Positions 59,801 through 64,000 of a stretch of 64,000 nucleotides of DNA are shown here, one piece after another (the first letter of the stretch is position 1; each line of letters opens with the position of its first letter). The notes below the pieces were generated by a model, which was not told where the DNA came from, searched no databases, and worked only from the letters and a program-made list of their open reading frames with translations. Both the position numbers and the translations under genes were made by a program. The stretch is from Octopus bimaculoides (lineage: Eukaryota), in assembly GCF_001194135.2 (NCBI RefSeq), contig NC_068987.1, forward strand, positions 95,566,767 to 95,630,766, given 5' to 3'.

Positions 59801-60939
59801 GTTTCATGAACGTAATGAGCTGGAAGGAATGCTGCTCAGAATTTTGTCCGTCCAAAAAAAAAAACATGATAATTATAACAACTGAATCAGTTGCATCTTA
59901 CAGGATATACTTCAGCAGCAGCATGTGTTCACAAAATCTCTCCAACTCTCAGTTCTATCAACTCAGGTGTTTGTTTAGAACGCAGTTATCGCCGTCTGAC
60001 TCTCAGCTTTCACAGCATCAATGTTCTAATTGATAAATTTCGTAAGAATAAGATAATTAATTTCATGTGCCGCGTGTGAAAGGTACTGGATTCTAACGCT
60101 CTTCGAAAGGTCTTATTAACGTTTCAGGAAGCAAATCTCATTGATTATCAACTCAACATTTCGCTCCACCCGACACACACACACATATACATTCGTACTT
60201 CTTTGCTGATAATCTGATAACATCTCCACTGCTTCCTCTCTCTTTCTCTCTCTCTCTTTATTTGCAACTTCAACCTCAGCAACATCTGTCAAGCCTACGC
60301 ATTTTGTCATGAATGAAGAAAAAACTCTAAAAAATATATATTGTAATGGGAAACTTAATAACCGAGTTACATTCACCCAGCAGCAAACATGAACACGGAG
60401 CACGGCAAGACAAAATAAACTTGCTTCCACTTTTTATAGGCAGTTCAAAAAATCATACCTATCCACATGTTACGTATACGTTATATATATATATAAATAT
60501 ATATGTATATGTGTGTGTGTGCATGGATATATGTATGTGCATGTATATATATATATANNNNNNNNNNNNNNNNNNNNNNNNNNNNNNNNNNNNNNNNNNN
60601 NNNNNNNNNNNNNNNNNNNNNNNNNNNNNNNNNNNNNNNNNNNNNNNNNNNNNNNNNNNNNNNNNNNNNNNNNNNNNNNNNNNNNNNNNNNNNNNNNNNN
60701 NNNNNNNNNNNNNNNNNNNNNNNNNNNNNNNNNNNNNNNNNNNNNNNNNNNNNNNNNNNNNNNNNNNNNNNNNNNNNNNNNNNNNNNNNNNNNNNNNNNN
60801 NNNNNNNNNNNNNNNNNNNNNNNNNNNNNNNNNNNNNNNNNNNNNNNNNNNNNNNNNNNNNNNNNNNNNNNNNNNNNNNNNNNNNNNNNNNNNNNNNNNN
60901 NNNNNNNNNNNNNNNNNNNATATATATATATATATATAT

Positions 60940-61130
60940 ATGTTTGTATGTCTGTGTTTGACAACCAGTGTTGGTGTATTTACGTCCCCTTAACTTAGCG
61001 GTTCGGCAAAAAAGGTCGATACAATAAGTACTAGGATTACAAAGAATAAGTCCTGGGGGTCGATTTGTTCGACTAAAGAAGGTGCTCCAGCATAGCCGCA
61101 GTTTACTGGCTGAAACAAGAATGAAAGAAT
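60940..61130 (+). mobile_element. SINE group B, 3' part
   Basis: ttgacaaccagtgttggtg..taacttagcggttcggcaaaa..ggtgctccagcatagccgcag. Confidence 0.85.
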
Positions 61131-61435
61131 AAAAGAATATATATATATATATATATATATACATACATACACATACATACGTATGTAGGCACGTGTTGTG
61201 TATGTTAAACATACAAATGTGTTTATTATGTGTGTGAGTTAATAAGTGTGTGTGTGTGTGTGAATGCATATACAACATGTATGCACAAACACACACACAA
61301 GAATGCACTACTGTTTACTTCACAGAAATTAACATTTTAAAGACTTTACCCTCTTCCAGTATAAAGTTGTATATAAGCAGCTTTTTGTTTTTATATTGTA
61401 ATATAAACACAGGCTGATATAGATACACACACGTG

Positions 61436-61479
<44 letters not shown>

Positions 61480-63514
61480 TACACACACAAACACATAAAT
61501 ATATTTAGATAGATAGATACATACATACATACATACATACATACATAATTGGCAAAAGTTACAAAGTGATTGTATACACACACACACACACTTGTGAAGA
61601 CATACTAATACTAAAGGTAAGAAGTTCGCTTTGCAACCGTTAGATCACGTATTCAATCACTTNNNNNNNNNNNNNNNNNNNNNNNNNNNNNNNNNNNNNN
61701 NNNNNNNNNNNNNNNNNNNNNNNNNNNNNNNNNNNNNNNNNNNNNNNNNNNNNNNNNNNNNNNNNNNNNNNNNNNNNNNNNNNNNNNNNNNNNNNNNNNN
61801 NNNNNNNNNNNNNNNNNNNNNNNNNNNNNNNNNNNNNNNNNNNNNNNNNNNNNNNNNNNNNNNNNNNNNNNNNNNNNNNNNNNNNNNNNNNNNNNNNNNN
61901 NNNNNNNNNNNNNNNNNNNNNNNNNNNNNNNNNNNNNNNNNNNNNNNNNTGTATATAAAGTTATTTTAGTAACTTACATACATCGTGTTTATTCATCTAA
62001 AAGTGAAGATGTAGTTTGCTTAAGTTACGAAGTGTTTGGTTAAACTGTAAAAATAAATAAACTTGAAAGTCTGATGAAAGTAACATTGTTTTGTTTTATT
62101 TCTTTTAATTGGGGGAAGTATAAATGAAATAAAAATAACGCCACTCAACAGCGGTAAAAGTACAATGTTGCCTTCAGGTGAAAAAAAACTGCGAGAAGTA
62201 TATAATAAATAAAGGTATATCAGTAAGTTAGTGTGTGCGAGAAAGCGAGCGTAGAAATACACACTGTTAGGACGACTAGACAGACTTGATGTATTCCACA
62301 TACACACGTTACTGATTTTATAGACACATAGCGCACACCTACATACCTAGGTAAATAGAGGTATACATTCGCTACGTGCGATCTGTAAAAACTACGTATA
62401 CACTACGACTTAGCACAGAAAGTAGGCCAGTCTGGGACAGTGGTGGGTGCCCCTTGTGAGAGAAATAGCGAGCGAGCGCGCGAGAAAGAGTGGGGTAAAA
62501 GTGGAGAGCCATCACGGGGGGTTGACATATTCAAGGTGTAAGAGAGGACGGCACAGAAAACGGAAGAAGGATTACTAACATTGAGCAAAGTTGGCTTTGA
62601 GAAAATAATATTACAGCTCATCAGCAGGCAAGCCCGCCACTGAGCTACTGTTATTATATTTATACATATTTATATAAATTTAAATTATTTTAAAGACTTC
62701 TTATTTTACGTTGTTGTTAAAACTTTCAAATCCAGTGGACGGATTAATATCATATNNNNNNNNNNNNNNNNNNNNNNNNNNNNNNNNNNNNNNNNNNNNN
62801 NNNNNNNNNNNNNNNNNNNNNNNNNNNNNNNNNNNNNNNNNNNNNNNNNNNNNNNNNNNNNNNNNNNNNNNNNNNNNNNNNNNNNNNNNNNNNNNNNNNN
62901 NNNNNNNNNNNNNNNNNNNNNNNNNNNNNNNNNNNNNNNNNNNNNNNNNNNNNNNNNNNNNNNNNNNNNNNNNNNNNNNNNNNNNNNNNNNNNNNNNNNN
63001 NNNNNNNNNNNNNNNNNNNNNNNNNNNNNNNNNNNNNNNNNNNNNNNNNNNNNNNNNNNNNNNNNNNNNNNNNNNNNNNNNNNNNNNNNNNNNNNNNNNN
63101 NNNGTTAAAACTAACAAAGTTAATTATCAATGTGTTTTTAAAATACCTAGCCTTGTGTAAATGAATACGTTAATACCTGCTTTTGAATAAATCAAAACAA
63201 ACTGTTGATAGCAATTATATGTTTTAACATTGTTAACGATGACAATGAAATATTTAACAATTGTTAAATATTTTAAAATACATTTCAATGTAGCATTCTT
63301 GAAAGAAATATCTACATACATACATACATACAGAAAAGATATTTTGAATATTTAAAATTTTAAATTTCACAAGTTCATTTCTTCACTTTCTCATGCAACC
63401 TGAGTTGTGTGTGTGTGTGTGTGTGTGTATTTCCAAACAGTCGTTTCTTCAGTTTGCTCATCCAACAAATAATGCTATACAAATAAACGCACTCATCAAA
63501 CCTTAATGCAAAAG

Positions 63515-63554
<40 letters not shown>

Positions 63555-64000
63555 CTACATGATTATATAACTGACCACTATGTACTAAATGTTTTTGGAG
63601 CCCTCAAAATAAAGTTTGTATTTAAAAAAATAGCCCCTTGTGTGTGTGTGTGTGTGTGTTGTATATTCATCTATCTACCTTTGTATGTTTGCTGTATGTT
63701 GACAACATTTCGAGCAGCATTCTATACAATGATCTTCAGGCATGTTCCTTGGCTAAGCTAGATACTGAACCTGTATCTTTTATCTCTCATTGAATTGGCT
63801 GTTCTAATCACAAGACTATTTCTCTTGCTGGAAAATAGTACGGCCCCTACTAAAGAGGGAGTTAATCATTAATCTGAAGCATTTCTTTCCATGATTTTTT
63901 TATGTGCCGGGCACATTCTGTTCAATAGTGTCTTAGATGACATACATTCAATAGATGAGTAATTCGATTTCTCTTTGTTTTCGTTATAGTGGATGTGTTG

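Noticed and set aside
62400-62650. GC-richer unique stretch as a promoter or exon
   Set aside because: No recognisable motif cluster, ORF or splice pattern; cannot be supported from sequence alone.

Overview
AT-rich, microsatellite- and gap-rich animal genomic DNA. The SINE families, RTE/R4/Penelope remnants and (AT)n/(GT)n/(AAT)n load suggest an octopus genome; this is inferred from repeat content. Nearly all ORFs in the supplied track are microsatellite or N-gap artefacts. One real gene was reconstructed by hand on the + strand from seven phase-consistent GT-AG exons (16889-17053, 23502-23672, 29755-29910, 32228-32362, 34111-34253, 35952-36036, 38888-39570; 1538 nt, 511 codons plus stop after a 2-nt partial codon). 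It encodes CCP/Sushi - CCP/Sushi - MAM - Ser/Thr-rich stalk - transmembrane helix - short tail, the architecture of class C scavenger receptors (Drosophila SR-CI), with no visible somatomedin-B exon. The signal-peptide exon was not securely found. The rest is transposon debris: three tRNA-derived SINE groups, RTE, Expander, CR1-like and R4/Dong-like LINE fragments, Penelope-like fragments, mariner/Tc1/hAT fragments and MITEs. Top second-look items: the SR-C-like receptor; a tRNA-headed short element carrying a minimal hammerhead ribozyme and a perfect 25-bp inverted terminal repeat (41449-41805, headless copy at 17868-18070); a tRNA-Thr(CGT)-like sequence bracketed by inverted repeats; and a 54-bp intronic hairpin. 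No database searches or folding calculations were run. Repeat boundaries are approximate unless termini are quoted.
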